Assembly (NCBI GenBank): GCA_965644295.1
Contig: CBFFRP010000426.1
Span: 310,001 to 374,000 of the forward strand
Length of the DNA stretch: 64,000 bases
Direction: 5' to 3'
Source of the DNA: Paraphysomonas bandaiensis
Taxonomy: Eukaryota > Protista > Chrysophyceae
The notes under the pieces are model-generated. The model was not told the DNA's origin. It saw nothing but the letters and a program-made list of their open reading frames with translations, and ran no database searches. The position numbers were made by a program, and so were the translations under genes. Below, piece after piece: positions 50,130 to 62,140 of the stretch. Position 1 is the stretch's first letter. The number at the start of each line of letters is the position of its first letter.

Positions 50130-50587
50130 AACAGCCCGGATGCTTGACTTCAGCTTACAACATACAGCCGATTACCCCGGATGGCCTTCAGGAGGTGGGC
50201 CCATTCCAGGATGCCTGAGCTTTATCCAAAGCACGTTTTGTCTTCTATTTTGGGTGATGGTTTGAAAGTACTTAAATACGGTGAGACGATATGTATTAGT
50301 ACGCGATATATTCACGCTATGTCATGGCGTGATGTGTCTCTATTCATACGTCACACTACAATGTACTTACACGGGATAAACATTAGGTCGTCATGGCAAA
50401 CCCAAGAAACGTCTACACACAAGTAACACTTATTAGTGACCCTTGTACCACACATGCATTGGCTATGAGTGGACAGAAGGGATTCTGTTGACTATATATA
50501 TGCGGCTCACGTTAGTTTTCCGGAGAAATAGCTCCGGTACATATCCCTCTGGACACCACGAAAAGGTGAGTCCAACTTTGTTGAGGG
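50130..50587. repeat. Family-A repeat, copy 3, right part, containing a captured host-gene fragment (50213-50406)
   Basis: Family-A sequence lies on both sides of a segment that is the reverse complement of 51970-52189. Confidence 0.85.
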
Positions 50588-51517
50588 CAGAATATTTTAA
50601 TGAATTTGAATTTAGACCGTCGCTTACAGAGTACAGTAGTTGTTAGCAGTATTGCATGATCTAATGATATGAAATGAGTTATATCAACAGTGAAATTAAA
50701 ATATTTTTGCTATATAAGACAGTGACTATCTAAGATCTGTTGAAATTATTTCGTAGTAAAAAGTACATAAGTGTAATGAATGAGTGAATGACAATGATCA
50801 CAAACTTAATAATTTATTATCGAGTGTAATTGAAAGTTCAGTTGTTGACTAAATCTTTTACAATGTGTATATCGGATATAGGAAATATGAGCATATGAAC
50901 CTCAATACAATATTCAATATGTGAATGTATCGAGCAACAAGAAATAAACTATTAGCCGGTATGTTAGAGGAATATTTAAGGCACGAGAGAAATGAATTAT
51001 GCTCCCACATAACATATTAATACGGTATTGTAAGTATACACACTATAACACCATAGGGGCACAGTCAGTGTATATTGACAGTTTGTATTACCAGCATCTA
51101 CAGTCACTGTAACAACATACAGGGTCGAAGACCCCGCCATCCTGCGGTGTGCGTTCTTGCCGCTGTCAATACAGGATACCAGTATGACTTCATCAAGTTA
51201 GGTAAAACAATTGATTGAATACTATGAGCTTTTCACGATAGCTCTCAAATAAAGACATTGAATAGCGTAATATCAATAAGAAAACAATGAAAACACTCCT
51301 TGACGACACTAAAATACTTCCCAGTAAGAGAATGCAGCCCATCAAAATGACGTAATATTTCTTCATTACAAAAATTTATTGCTAAATTGTAAACCCTACT
51401 ATTCAATACTCAGTGTTCTTCATTGATATCTGGACTATATCATTTACTATCATATACATACAAGTGATTATTAGTGCCTATTGACTCAATGACCATATCT
51501 CAAAATGGTTACGTGCA

Positions 51518-53596
51518 TTACGATCTGAAGACTACTTCAGTGTACACATCGTTGAAAGCCCCGCCGTCGTTCTGTATGAGCGCCTCGTGATGCTTCAATA
51601 AGTTCGGAACGAAAGCGTCGTAGTCTTCCCGAGACAGCATCTTAAAATCAAGAGTACTGATATATTGGCAGTGTTAATTGCATTAGTGTCAAAAACAATA
51701 ACCTACCGATCGGCGCATATCAGCGATACACAGTACGCGTAGTCTGCAGGATGGCAATTTTTCCGTAATGTTGGTGTACCACAAAACTCTGGAGAGTGTG
51801 GGTCTACCGCCGTACCGCGCCGAATTTCTCTGACGCTGCGGAGAGCGATTCCCCTGGCACCATGCGGTAGACCCGCCGCATCACGTCCTTTATCTTCAGA
51901 CAGTTGAGAGTCTTCCACCCAGTATATAGTTCCTACATTCTCATCATTCCCACGAAATATGATCCGTTCCTTGGGTTTGCCATGACGACCTAATGTTTAT
52001 CCCGTGTAAGTACATTGTAGTGTGACAATACGCGTATGAATAGAGAATCTATAATAGATGAAAGACACATCACGCCATGACATAGCGTGAATATATCGCG
52101 TACTAATACATATCGTCTCACCGTATTTAAGTACTTTCAAACCATCACCCAAAATAGAAGACAAAACGTGCTTTGGATAAAGCTCAGGCTGGGAGTCAAA
52201 CGACGGGAAGTTTCCTAGCATCTGCTGTCGTAGTACTGCCTGTGCCTGGGGTATCGCCATGGCATCAAGAGTATGTTCTGGAATCTGAAAAAATGCGATA
52301 AAGCAAATAAAATCCACGTAAAACATAATAAAAGTCACTAAAAAGATAATATATATCTTACATTACGAAGCCCATAGCACTACACTATACTTGCATGCAT
52401 TCGAGTAAACGACATCACATTGTATGATTGCACACGTCAACTCACCTCCAGGAAAGAGCACATTGCATCGACCACATTGAGCACATTATATCCTCCCGCA
52501 GAGCAAATGAAACCAATGTACTGTTCAAGCATCTCTTTCCTTTGTTCCAAACTCTTCCCTCGTATCCGGCCCATTGTTTTAGGAGGGAAAGGTGGGAGGG
52601 AACTGTATATGTCTCTGTCCTTGAGTTCCATAGAAAGGAACTGTCGCAGGGCATCAAACTCGCGGTAGCGATAGTACGTGCGCCATGTATTCGTTCCTAC
52701 GGATACCTAGTATAAAATTAAAACAAATGATGAAAACTAAATAACGGAGAGTATCTGTACCTCTACAATATAAAGTTGGACGGTCTCTCCGGACGAAAGC
52801 TCTCCGTTGAATCTTCTGATTGCCCTAGGCATAGACACTACGCTTCCACCCCCACTCAGAAGAGATGAATTCGAGCGGGCCAATGTTGGGGAAGCGGGGG
52901 GCGAGGAGTCCATCTCACTCCTGCGGGGATCAGTCGCCACAGAGGCACGACGGGAGGTCACTCCCTCAGTTATGACTTGAATGCAGTCGATAATTCGGAG
53001 TCGAACACTGCGAAGAGTACTCGGTGCATGGCTCTTTGGCATAGCCCAATTATTTACAACAGAAATAGTACTGAATTCTATCGTCTCAGATACAAACGAC
53101 TCGGGTATGCGTTCGAGCCTTTTGACCAGCTTCAGTGCCTGACCCTCTGGAAGAACGTGGTCTACCTCAATTCTAATTTCGTTTCCACTATCGTGAAGTT
53201 TGTACTGCTCCAAACTATGACACCAATAACATACATTTATTTACGACATAATAAACTCTCTTACCTGCGCTGACCTTTATCCGGTCCCATTCTCAAAATC
53301 GATACCTCTTTAAAATCAGGGGATATATGAACAACTGACGCCAATATTGCCACAGAAGATGTAATACTTTCAAAATTTATTTTTCCCAGTTGATAATAGC
53401 ATTGTTTACGCTTATTTCCAACTTCATGAACAACATGAAACTCTTCCATTGGTCTGCTTAATTGAGTAATAGTTAACTTATGACTCTCATCAACCATTTG
53501 AGATATGAATGGAACTCCCGCAATATCATCAATACCAGGGACATAATCTGATCCTTTTTTCTTTAATCTCCAACATCCAGAGAGTGAGAGTGACAT
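51518..53596 (-). CDS. PX-domain plus PLC-type PH-domain protein, multi-exon
   Basis: SSLPPFPPKTMG...LEQRKEMLEQY (PX); spliced KVLKYG/RHGKPKERII...IYW...IALRSVREIRRG...GTPTLRK...CVSLI (PH). Confidence 0.7.
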
Positions 53597-55114
53597 GATA
53601 GAATACACTCTATAGTTTAATAACTAATTTATAATACTAATAAATAGAGAAACAAATAATTGTAACGGTATGAATCTTATGAATCTACTCACTGTATCAT
53701 TATTAATACAATGAATGATTGGATAGTATTATAGGATGATAATTAGATCATATGGTTACTATATGATGACTATATGATGGTGTGCATATAGTTGCATATG
53801 GATTAAAGAATCTAGTTATGGAGTGATTTAATGGACGATATATGCGGTGTATTGTATATGGTATATGGTACTGCTATGTATGGTATGGTATGGTATGGTA
53901 TGTATGGTATGTATGGTATGGTATATACTGCTGTGTGCTGCTGTACTGTTGTACTGCACCTCTACGGTCTACAGCAGCTCCAATAAACTTATAGCTACAT
54001 ATACACTACACGAGAATACATGATCCTTCATATACAAGAGAGATCGAAAGAAAATGCATCTGGAATATAATGGAATACACGGTATGATGTGGAATACATT
54101 CATTACACACAGTGATATGTATGTATATCTAGATATCTATCTGCTGTGTATATCTATATATTATCATCCCATCTATGGCAGTGGATATTATCATTGCAAC
54201 ATGGAAGATATATAATGATTCTGAATACAAAATAGTAGACATGAGGGTACGAATGTACCTCTGACATTACTTGCGGGTCAGACTTACTTTTAATTTCTAA
54301 CTTGACCAATAAAATAAGTAGCAAAGTGTTAGGTATGCAAGCACGATGACATCAGACCATATCACATTGACATCAACATGCAACCAAGATGAAATCATAC
54401 ATATAGGCTCGGTTATTTATCACCTTATTACAAAGAAAAAATGCAATTACGATTGAGTGGAATTCTTCAACGGTTAAATAGAGATTAAGAACATACTGAT
54501 CCCTAACTCCATACCATATGTTGCTTAAGAAACAAGGAACTAACCCATATATCAATTCTCAATGTCATCATTTACTAGTGTTAGCATATGTCGCAGCAAC
54601 ATTCTGTACAAGATAATATATTTACTCTACTTCTACTTGAAGTGCTCAATAATTAAGTCGACGAAAAACAGGTATATATGTAGTTCACGGTTAGAAAAAA
54701 ATTGCGTCGTATGATTTCTCTGGAGAGTATGGCTGAAAATATGGTTATAGCAACTTCAAATTATCCGAATGTACTGAATTAAACATTAGATCACTAGTGG
54801 GATTACTTTAATTGTTTATGCCATCATTAGGACCAAGGTAGGTGGAAGGTGGAGGTAGGAGAATGCGTTAGTGAAGGCACGAAGTAAGTTTATAAGACTA
54901 TGCTGCAAGAGTAAAAAGATAGATAAATATACATCAATATTATCTTGCTGGTTTGGGATATCACTTTCCATTGCGCAGAGCACTAGGCAATCAAATTCTG
55001 GAGAGCAGTGCGCTAAATAAGAGCTACTGCCTTGTGCTACGAGGAAACATCCACAAATACTGACTTTTGGGAGAAAATACTACATTATTATTTTACCCTA
55101 CCTCAATATAGAAA

Positions 55115-56175
55115 TCAACTTAAAGCCAAAGTTGTAGTACCACTACTATTATCACCATTAGTGGAGTTCTCACTCAGAGGTTTTCTGAAACTGAACGTTG
55201 GTCGGGTTACGAGTTGCGTTGAAAACTACATACCTTACACAAATGAAACACGTCGCCTCTCCCCAGCTCATCACATACTGCCGTCTGTCTACCAAAGTGA
55301 ACTCGGGGGAAGGAATCTGCTTTGTGAGTGAAATAAATCGTGAGCCTGGTTTCATTCTTTCTGCCACTGAACCCATCGCTCGCATGAGTGTGTCTTCGAA
55401 ACAAGTGGAGTTGGCAAACACGATATCTATACATACTAGTAACTATACCGTTTTAAGAATTGTATATTATGAAATACCTCCCTCTGTCCAGTGGGTGTAC
55501 TCATCCGTCAACATGTCTCCTTCTTCCACTCGAATGGCACATGAGTTGTGACTCTCGAACATGGGCTGGGAGAGTACAGTGTTGCGATATTCAGCTACAA
55601 CGTCTTCAGATGCTTTCTGTAACTCCGGTACAATTTCAATACCACGACATTCACTTAGTACTGGCCCATACAAAAGGGATGCACATACAATTCCTTTTCC
55701 AGTTCCGTGACCTGAAAATATTACCAATGTAAGGGCATCGTACTAGTACAGTACGAATTATTCCCTGACCTAAATCAACAAATATGTCTCCTTGTTTCGG
55801 GCAGGATCTGTCTAGAATATTTGCGAATGAAAAGAAATCTATTTCTCCATAAGTGAGAGATGTATTACTGGCTGCACTAGCATCCATCTTACTAACACCC
55901 TCTTTAACAACAGCTTTCATTTTATCTGTCGACATATTCTTGAATAATTCCATCCAGTATCCATGACATATATCAGCTGTCCTTGACACAACAAGATTAA
56001 CAACTTTATACTTTAATTTATCTTCAGCATGCTGTGATTCAACCCAATCCAGAATCTTGACTAACTCAGTGTCGTTATCAGCTCTCATCTGCTTGAGGAT
56101 AGCACTCTCAAGATGCGGTAAGCAAGCCACGATATGATCAAGCATTTCTTGTGAGGAATGTACCATGGTAGCCAT
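55115..56175 (-). CDS. DOT1-family (H3K79-type) SAM-dependent methyltransferase, multi-exon
   Basis: LTYGEI, FVDLG/HGTGK, CRGIEIVPEL, EGDML, VFANSTCF, KPGSRFISL, MSWG. Confidence 0.8.
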
Positions 56176-56313
56176 TTTGCTATAGATGACAGAGAGATTA
56201 TATATGAAATATGGTGCGACTATTAATATATAGAAACACACGTAGCTATAGTCAGTACCATACACAGCATTAACCCTGCGATACATACACTATCGTACAT
56301 ACTGAAGCACTGT

Positions 56314-56492
56314 ACAGCAGTACATATACAGGAGTACATATACAGCAGTACATATACAGGAGTACATATACAGCAGTACATATACAGGAGTACATCACAG
56401 CAGTACATATACAGGAGTACATATACAGGAGTACATATACAGGAGTACATATACAGGAGTACATATACAGCAGTACATATACAGGAGTACAT
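56314..56492. repeat. 14-bp minisatellite (agtacatatacagS)n in a divergent promoter
   Basis: About 12 units read directly. Confidence 0.9.
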
Positions 56493-56570
56493 GCAGGATG
56501 TTAGATCCATACACTCCCACACTCTCTTCCGTCCTATAGATTACGTTAAAGGATAGATATAGTAACTATT

Positions 56571-57992
56571 ATGCTAGGTACCAGTGTAAAGAGACTCTCC
56601 ACAGGGAGATATTGCATCAGGCGAAGCTTCAGCACTGCTCTCTGGCTGAGAGTTGCACATACACTGTCCCGTAACAGGAGTGTATCTTCTCTGAACAGAA
56701 AACCTTTTATTCCAGCCACTTTTCGATACTATTCATCTAAAAATTCAAAGATAGAATGGACACCAAGTTCGTTACCTAATCCAATGCAAAACCCTACATT
56801 GGGGGGTAGAGATGGCGTCAAAACCTCATGTATATGTGACCCGGACAACATCCTCAGCAACAACACTAAAGATGTCATAGAAGGATATATTAATTCCAGT
56901 AAAATACAAATTGCTGTAGTGGTAATTTCTAAAATAAGTAATAGTTTTGTAAATGCGTTTGAAAATAAGGAACATGCTGCCAAAGACTTCGCAATTGAAC
57001 TGCACGATAAATGGGGAGTAGGAAGCGCGGATCACCATGATGGCGTGTTGGTGTTTCTGTCTGTACGTGATCGGGTGGTTTTTTTCTCCACTGGCTCAGG
57101 TGTAAGTGATCGTCTAAATGAAAAGGCTATTCAGGGCATTGTTACTGGTATGAAAGAATATCTACTGGCTGAAAACTACGAATTAGCCGTGGAGTACGCA
57201 GTGCTACAAGTATCCTTGATAGTAGACGAAAATGAAAAGTACCAGAGATCTCAAAATGATGAAAACAGCAAAAAGTGGTGGCGAAATGGTTCTATTGCTG
57301 TGATATGTATGCTTGTGTTTGGGAAAGTTGCCTGGGACAGTCACCAACGATCACTTGTCAGAGAAGCCGAATATTCGGCGTGGTTGGAAAGGCATCGTTT
57401 TCGTATGCAATCCGAAAACGCCCTTGATCGTATCTGTGAGAGTGATGACATCAGCTGTCCGCATTGCTTGAGACTTTACAACGAGATATCTAAGCACTCA
57501 TCAGATATGGAAGATAGTGATTCCGTACATAAGGTTACCTTAAAATGTGGTCATAAATTCTGTTCGGACTGCTATCAAAGCCTCGTGGATACCTCGTCGG
57601 AAACTGGTGACGTGGGCACTTGTAGCATCTGTGCGTCGCCGTTAGCAATTCATCAAAGTAGTGGAGATGGTTGGTTTCGTAGAGACAAGACTGCCGATAT
57701 GTATTCTTCTGTCCCACATCGTCTTCAGAGGTATTTTGTGTATTTTAGAGATGTCGTGGATAAAGATATTGCGAATGAGCTACATGATTCTTTTGGTAAA
57801 AGTGTTGAAGATGGTCGATCATATGTGACAAAGCTTCGACAAGAGATCTCTCAGAGGCGTGAAGAGGAAGTAAAACAGGCAATGGAAGATGAAAAGGCTC
57901 GAGAGAAGGCAGCTAAATCGGGGTCGGAGGGTAGCAGAGATAGTTCATTTGGGGGTGGCAGCTCCTCAGGAGGTGGTGGAGGAAGTTGGTAG
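56571..57992 (+). CDS. TPM-domain (MOLO-1/TLP18.3-like) protein with a TM helix, a C3HC4 RING finger and a Gly-rich C-terminus
   Basis: LPNP...CICDPDNIL, FAIELHDKWGVG...DGVLVFLSVRDR...STGSG; CPHC...CGHKFCSDC...CSIC; SFGGGSSSGGGGGSW. Confidence 0.85.
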   Translation: MLGTSVKRLSTGRYCIRRSFSTALWLRVAHTLSRNRSVSSLNRKPFIPATFRYYSSKNSKIEWTPSSLPNPMQNPTLGGRDGVKTSCICDPDNILSNNTKDVIEGYINSSKIQIAVVVISKISNSFVNAFENKEHAAKDFAIELHDKWGVGSADHHDGVLVFLSVRDRVVFFSTGSGVSDRLNEKAIQGIVTGMKEYLLAENYELAVEYAVLQVSLIVDENEKYQRSQNDENSKKWWRNGSIAVICMLVFGKVAWDSHQRSLVREAEYSAWLERHRFRMQSENALDRICESDDISCPHCLRLYNEISKHSSDMEDSDSVHKVTLKCGHKFCSDCYQSLVDTSSETGDVGTCSICASPLAIHQSSGDGWFRRDKTADMYSSVPHRLQRYFVYFRDVVDKDIANELHDSFGKSVEDGRSYVTKLRQEISQRREEEVKQAMEDEKAREKAAKSGSEGSRDSSFGGGSSSGGGGGSW

Positions 57993-58865
57993 AGTAGAGT
58001 ACTGGCATTATAGTGTTCGTGGACATAGGCTATAATTGTGAATGAAAAACTCGTAATACTAATAGCTTACAATATTCAATTTTCCATATATCAGCCATGA
58101 TTTGTGCGACCGAGGTATATATGTTATAAATTGGCTGCAATCTGAGGAACCTGGAGTGACTGAGGGACATTAGAATTTTCTTCAAATAAACGCAGTCCCG
58201 CTTTGTTGAAGAAAAGCACAACCAACAGTACTTAGGACAACAATTCTTGGCTATACGTACTTTGAAACAAGTATAGCTACTTACTTAATATATTCATGTA
58301 AGCGAAATGCAGGTAGCCTTATATCTTATACCAATAAGCTATTAAAATTCATTCCTAACCCTAACCCAAAATGATTGATTAAATAATTCTGTATAAATAC
58401 AACTAATTATAAAGCATATATTAGACGTACGTGCAAGTAAATATTTTCATACAGTGATAGAAAAACGTGATTAGATGTTATTCCACAATTGAATAAAACT
58501 GTGTCATTAAAATACTATACCAGCAGTAGCGAATGTCTTCTTTTTTAGCACTAGGCGCTAAAGTGTCAGGACTAATATATACCAGCACTTCGGATATAGA
58601 ATATGGTACTGTTAGTGATTTAACACTAAAATGTTACTACTACCAAGAGTAACGATCAAAGATTTTACCAACTACACTAGAAAAATAATGCCCTTCCTTA
58701 TTGTGTCGAACCGCGTAAAGGAAGGCATCGCCAATCAAAATAAGTATCATACTGACCTCCACATCCTTATGTAATATCAATGAAGCAACCCTGAGTATGG
58801 GCACAGCATCACATATCTAGGAAAGTGGAATCAGATTGCAGCTCCTTCCCCAATCATCATACCAG

Positions 58866-59242
58866 GGAGACGTTTTTCGACAAAGCGGACCAGTCTGGTC
58901 CCACTTTATTTTTTTGTATTGTATTTTTTCGTATGGAACATGAGTGTAGAGAATATATAATAATAGTGCGTGGAATACTTTTCGACACTGGAGCTTTGAC
59001 CTCGAACTTTATTTCTAAGGATTTGTTCGAATCGTTCAAGTGCCATGTTGGGGAAGGAAAAATTAGAGAAAAGAATATGACAATTGGGTTTGCGGATAAG
59101 ACGTCAAATATGAAATGCAACTCAATCGTGGAGCTGGAGCTTTGAAATTGTGGTTAAAATGACCACAATTTTTTTATTTCGAGTGGGACCATCTATAGTC
59201 CGACAAGTGGAGGGCTGGTCCACTTTCTCGAAAAACGTCTCC
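58866..59242. mobile_element. Small element with ~28-bp terminal inverted repeats enclosing a retropepsin-like fragment
   Basis: ggagacgtttttcgacaaagcggaccag (58866-58893) versus ctggtccactttctcgaaaaacgtctcc (59215-59242); internal ILFDTGALTSNFIS. Confidence 0.55.
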
Positions 59243-59564
59243 AGGTGAATGTGAAGCGTAAGATCATTCACAGTGATATCCCCATATATAACTAAAATAC
59301 TTTCAAACCATGACTATTGGGAGAAGTACTATTGTAATCATGTACCCACCGCACTGTAAGAGTTGTGCTATGCTGAAATGATATATGATTAGAAACTCTA
59401 TAAACCGAATGGTCCTATCATTAAAAACAAACGATTGGCAAAACATGACATGTTTTGAGCAGATATCCACTAACCAAACTGCCTAGAGCTGTGGCACACA
59501 CAAAAAGTACCTACTGCTGTATTGTGAGCATATAAGCTTTAAAAAAGGACAAAAAAGACAAAAA

Positions 59565-59672
59565 ACGGACAGTACCCGGACTTCGCACGTGGTCACCCAC
59601 CGTACTACTAACCGGGCCAGATGCAACTTAACTTCCGCGAGCGGAACGAGAGCGGATTGTATGACCGTCCAT
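59565..59672 (-). pseudogene. 5S rRNA copy with an 11-nt internal deletion
   Basis: Same as the adjacent copy except for loss of GCAAACCGCAC and one substitution; oligo-T terminator present. Confidence 0.85.
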
Positions 59673-59857
59673 GCTGAGTCGACTTGATTTAGTATATAGA
59701 AATGCATTACCACTTCTGCAAGGTACACTATTATATGAACATATATCCGATAATGCACTGTACTTCGTTAAATATAGGCATACTTCTGTCAAAAAAACCA
59801 TAAAATGTACAGTAGATTGGTACGAAAGTACATATTTTTCGTCAAAAAAAGACAAAA

Positions 59858-59976
59858 ACGGACAGTACCCGGACTTCGCACGTGGTCACCCACCGTACTA
59901 CTAACCGGGCCAGATGCAACTTCACTTCCGCGAGCGGAACGAGAGCGGGTGCGGTTTGCATTGTATGACCGTCCAT
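59858..59976 (-). rRNA. 5S ribosomal RNA (119 nt)
   Basis: AUGGACGGUCAUAC...CUCGUUCCGCUCGCGGAAG...GGUUAGUAGUACGGUGGGUGACCACGUGCGAAGUCCGGGUACUGUCCGU; complementary termini, followed by T-runs. Confidence 0.93.
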
Positions 59977-60187
59977 ACTGAGTCCCCTTGATTTAGTACA
60001 TAGAAATATAGCACTAGGATTCCTACAGCATATACGGTGAGTCTATAGCATACATATGCATCTCTCCATATATATACACATACATTAACGTGTAGATGTT
60101 GGAATGTACTATTAATCATCCTTAATAGATTACAGTAATGATACACCCTTATCCTACTCTTCATCCTCATTACATGTAATTCATACA

Positions 60188-61162
60188 ATGTACATTCATA
60201 AACTCATAGTGATCATATGGTTACTATGTATGTATCATATGGGAAGTAGTTATCCATGTATACCTGTAATGGGATTTGCTTTCCTAAGAGATCCTATGCA
60301 TTTCAGTAGACGTTTAATAACAAGTATTGATTTTTGTATTCATAATTTGGTGATAATATATCCAAAATCATTTATATATGATCATAATGCTGAGTTTATG
60401 CTCTTTCATGAGTCCATATCGCATGTGATGAATCACTATGTCAAAAATATCACACTTCTACCACAGAAACATAATCTGATTGGTTGTGCAGAGGGGTGGA
60501 ATCTAATTATATCTAGCTTCCCATTGGCACCGTGGTATTTGATATCAGCATATGATGTAGAGTTCCTTCCAGGACAGTTGGAAGAATTTAGCCGTCGATT
60601 TTGGAGAGAGTCAGGCATGATGTTATCGGAAACAAGAGGTGAACACATCGTGAAAACGAATTTCGCCCACACTAAATGGCAGAATCTTCCGGGTGGGAAA
60701 GGTTTTAATTTATTTGGCATTTCTCGCGAAGTCATTGACAACTGTGGATACTTTGACGAAAATATATTTCCTGCATTTTGGGAGGACCGTGATTATCAGT
60801 ATAGGATGTCTCTATGGCCAGGGGCACGGATCAGCACATTTCGAACCATCAAACCCTGGCATGGAGAGCACGCGGACATTGTACCAATCTTGAACAGTAC
60901 CACAGGTACAAAGAAGTTCAACTACACTTCGGGGACGGTTTACTTAGGTAACCGTTGGAGAGAAGCTATGCAGCAGGCTGCCGCGTGGAACCTAGAGTAT
61001 GTAGTAAAAAAATGGGGATGCAATCTGTCATACGCGAAGGCAAAGCATCACTTAATAGACTGCAAGTATGTGACACCGTTCAACCAGCCCTACGCCCCCT
61101 TGTCATATTGGAAGTTGAATAGTGAGCGAATAAAGAGGATACGAAGAATATACGATAGTTAG
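60188..61162 (+). CDS. GT-A-fold (GT2-like) glycosyltransferase with an N-terminal signal/anchor, intronless
   Basis: GCAEGWNLII...PWYLISAYDV...GYFDENIFPAFWEDRDY. Confidence 0.7.
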   Translation: MYIHKLIVIIWLLCMYHMGSSYPCIPVMGFAFLRDPMHFSRRLITSIDFCIHNLVIIYPKSFIYDHNAEFMLFHESISHVMNHYVKNITLLPQKHNLIGCAEGWNLIISSFPLAPWYLISAYDVEFLPGQLEEFSRRFWRESGMMLSETRGEHIVKTNFAHTKWQNLPGGKGFNLFGISREVIDNCGYFDENIFPAFWEDRDYQYRMSLWPGARISTFRTIKPWHGEHADIVPILNSTTGTKKFNYTSGTVYLGNRWREAMQQAAAWNLEYVVKKWGCNLSYAKAKHHLIDCKYVTPFNQPYAPLSYWKLNSERIKRIRRIYDS

Positions 61163-61785
61163 TGATACAGGTGTTGTATGTAATGTTTATGCGATTATCG
61201 TTATTCAATATTGTGCAATTTATTTCCACCTTTTCGTTGGGTAGACGTCTTTGCAGCATCTACTGCACAAGTTAGCAGCGCGAACATATTTGTAACTTAT
61301 CTAAAGCTATATAAATTTTATTCTACTTCAGCCTTATTTTAAAATGAAGATTATATGATTCAAGTTACAAGACGGAATTGATATGGTGATGATATCGTGA
61401 AAGCCAATCCCTCATTCCGTTACCTAACTTGCAAAAATGCTTGATACTTGGATGTCCTATACTAGCTCAGCGAGGTCTTTACTATGCACTATACTCACTA
61501 TCGAAACTCTCGTTTACTTTCAAGGAGAATTTTCTCACTTTTTGACTGCACGTATCTGTGTTACAATCATCGTTTTCATTCTCTACGTACGATTATCTTA
61601 CACGCAATATTGAGTGGTATGAGATTCTCAACGTGTAGTATAATATTTAAAAATTATTGTTGTAAGATAATAAATACGAGTGTTTGTGAAACATCTTTTA
61701 TTAAGTAGCACAAGCTGTTGCTGATTTTCGATTGCCTCATCAAACTTATAAATACGCTGGACACTGAGAATAACAAAACTCTCTC

Positions 61786-62140
61786 TAGCAAATGTCTTGT
61801 TACTATCAATAGGCGCTTAAGAGTCAGAAACAACCTACCATTGCAATTAAACTAATTACGTAAGCTACTTGTGAGTCATCGCAAGCATCAAGGTGCAACC
61901 ACTTTCGTACTATCACTCAAAGCAAATGCAGTGAGCAAGCAAATTATTGATGTACCTGACATCTGATGACTTCAGGATTTTTGGTCCTTAAGGTGAACAG
62001 CCCGAATGCTTGACTTTAGTAGGTAGCCCAATACCCCGGATACCCTTGAGGTGAGTCCATTCCTGGATGCATGTTTACTCAAGGCAAAAGGTTGTCTAAT
62101 GTATAAGTGACATATATTTGTGACCCTTGCACCACACATA
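61786..62140. repeat. Family-A repeat copy (truncated)
   Basis: Homologous to copies 1-3; a short end fragment is also present at 58525-58579. Confidence 0.8.

Noticed and set aside
28325-56175. Clustering of chromatin genes (TAF2, MRG15, DOT1-like) around the SET-bearing element
   Set aside because: Interspersed with unrelated housekeeping genes; no evidence of functional linkage
58354-58367. cctaaccctaaccc telomere-like repeat
   Set aside because: Only about two units; compatible with chance
61962-62000. CTGATGA followed by a stem, resembling a hammerhead ribozyme in the family-A repeat (also CTGACGA near 63502)
   Set aside because: No correctly placed GAAA or stem III, and other copies read CTGCTGA
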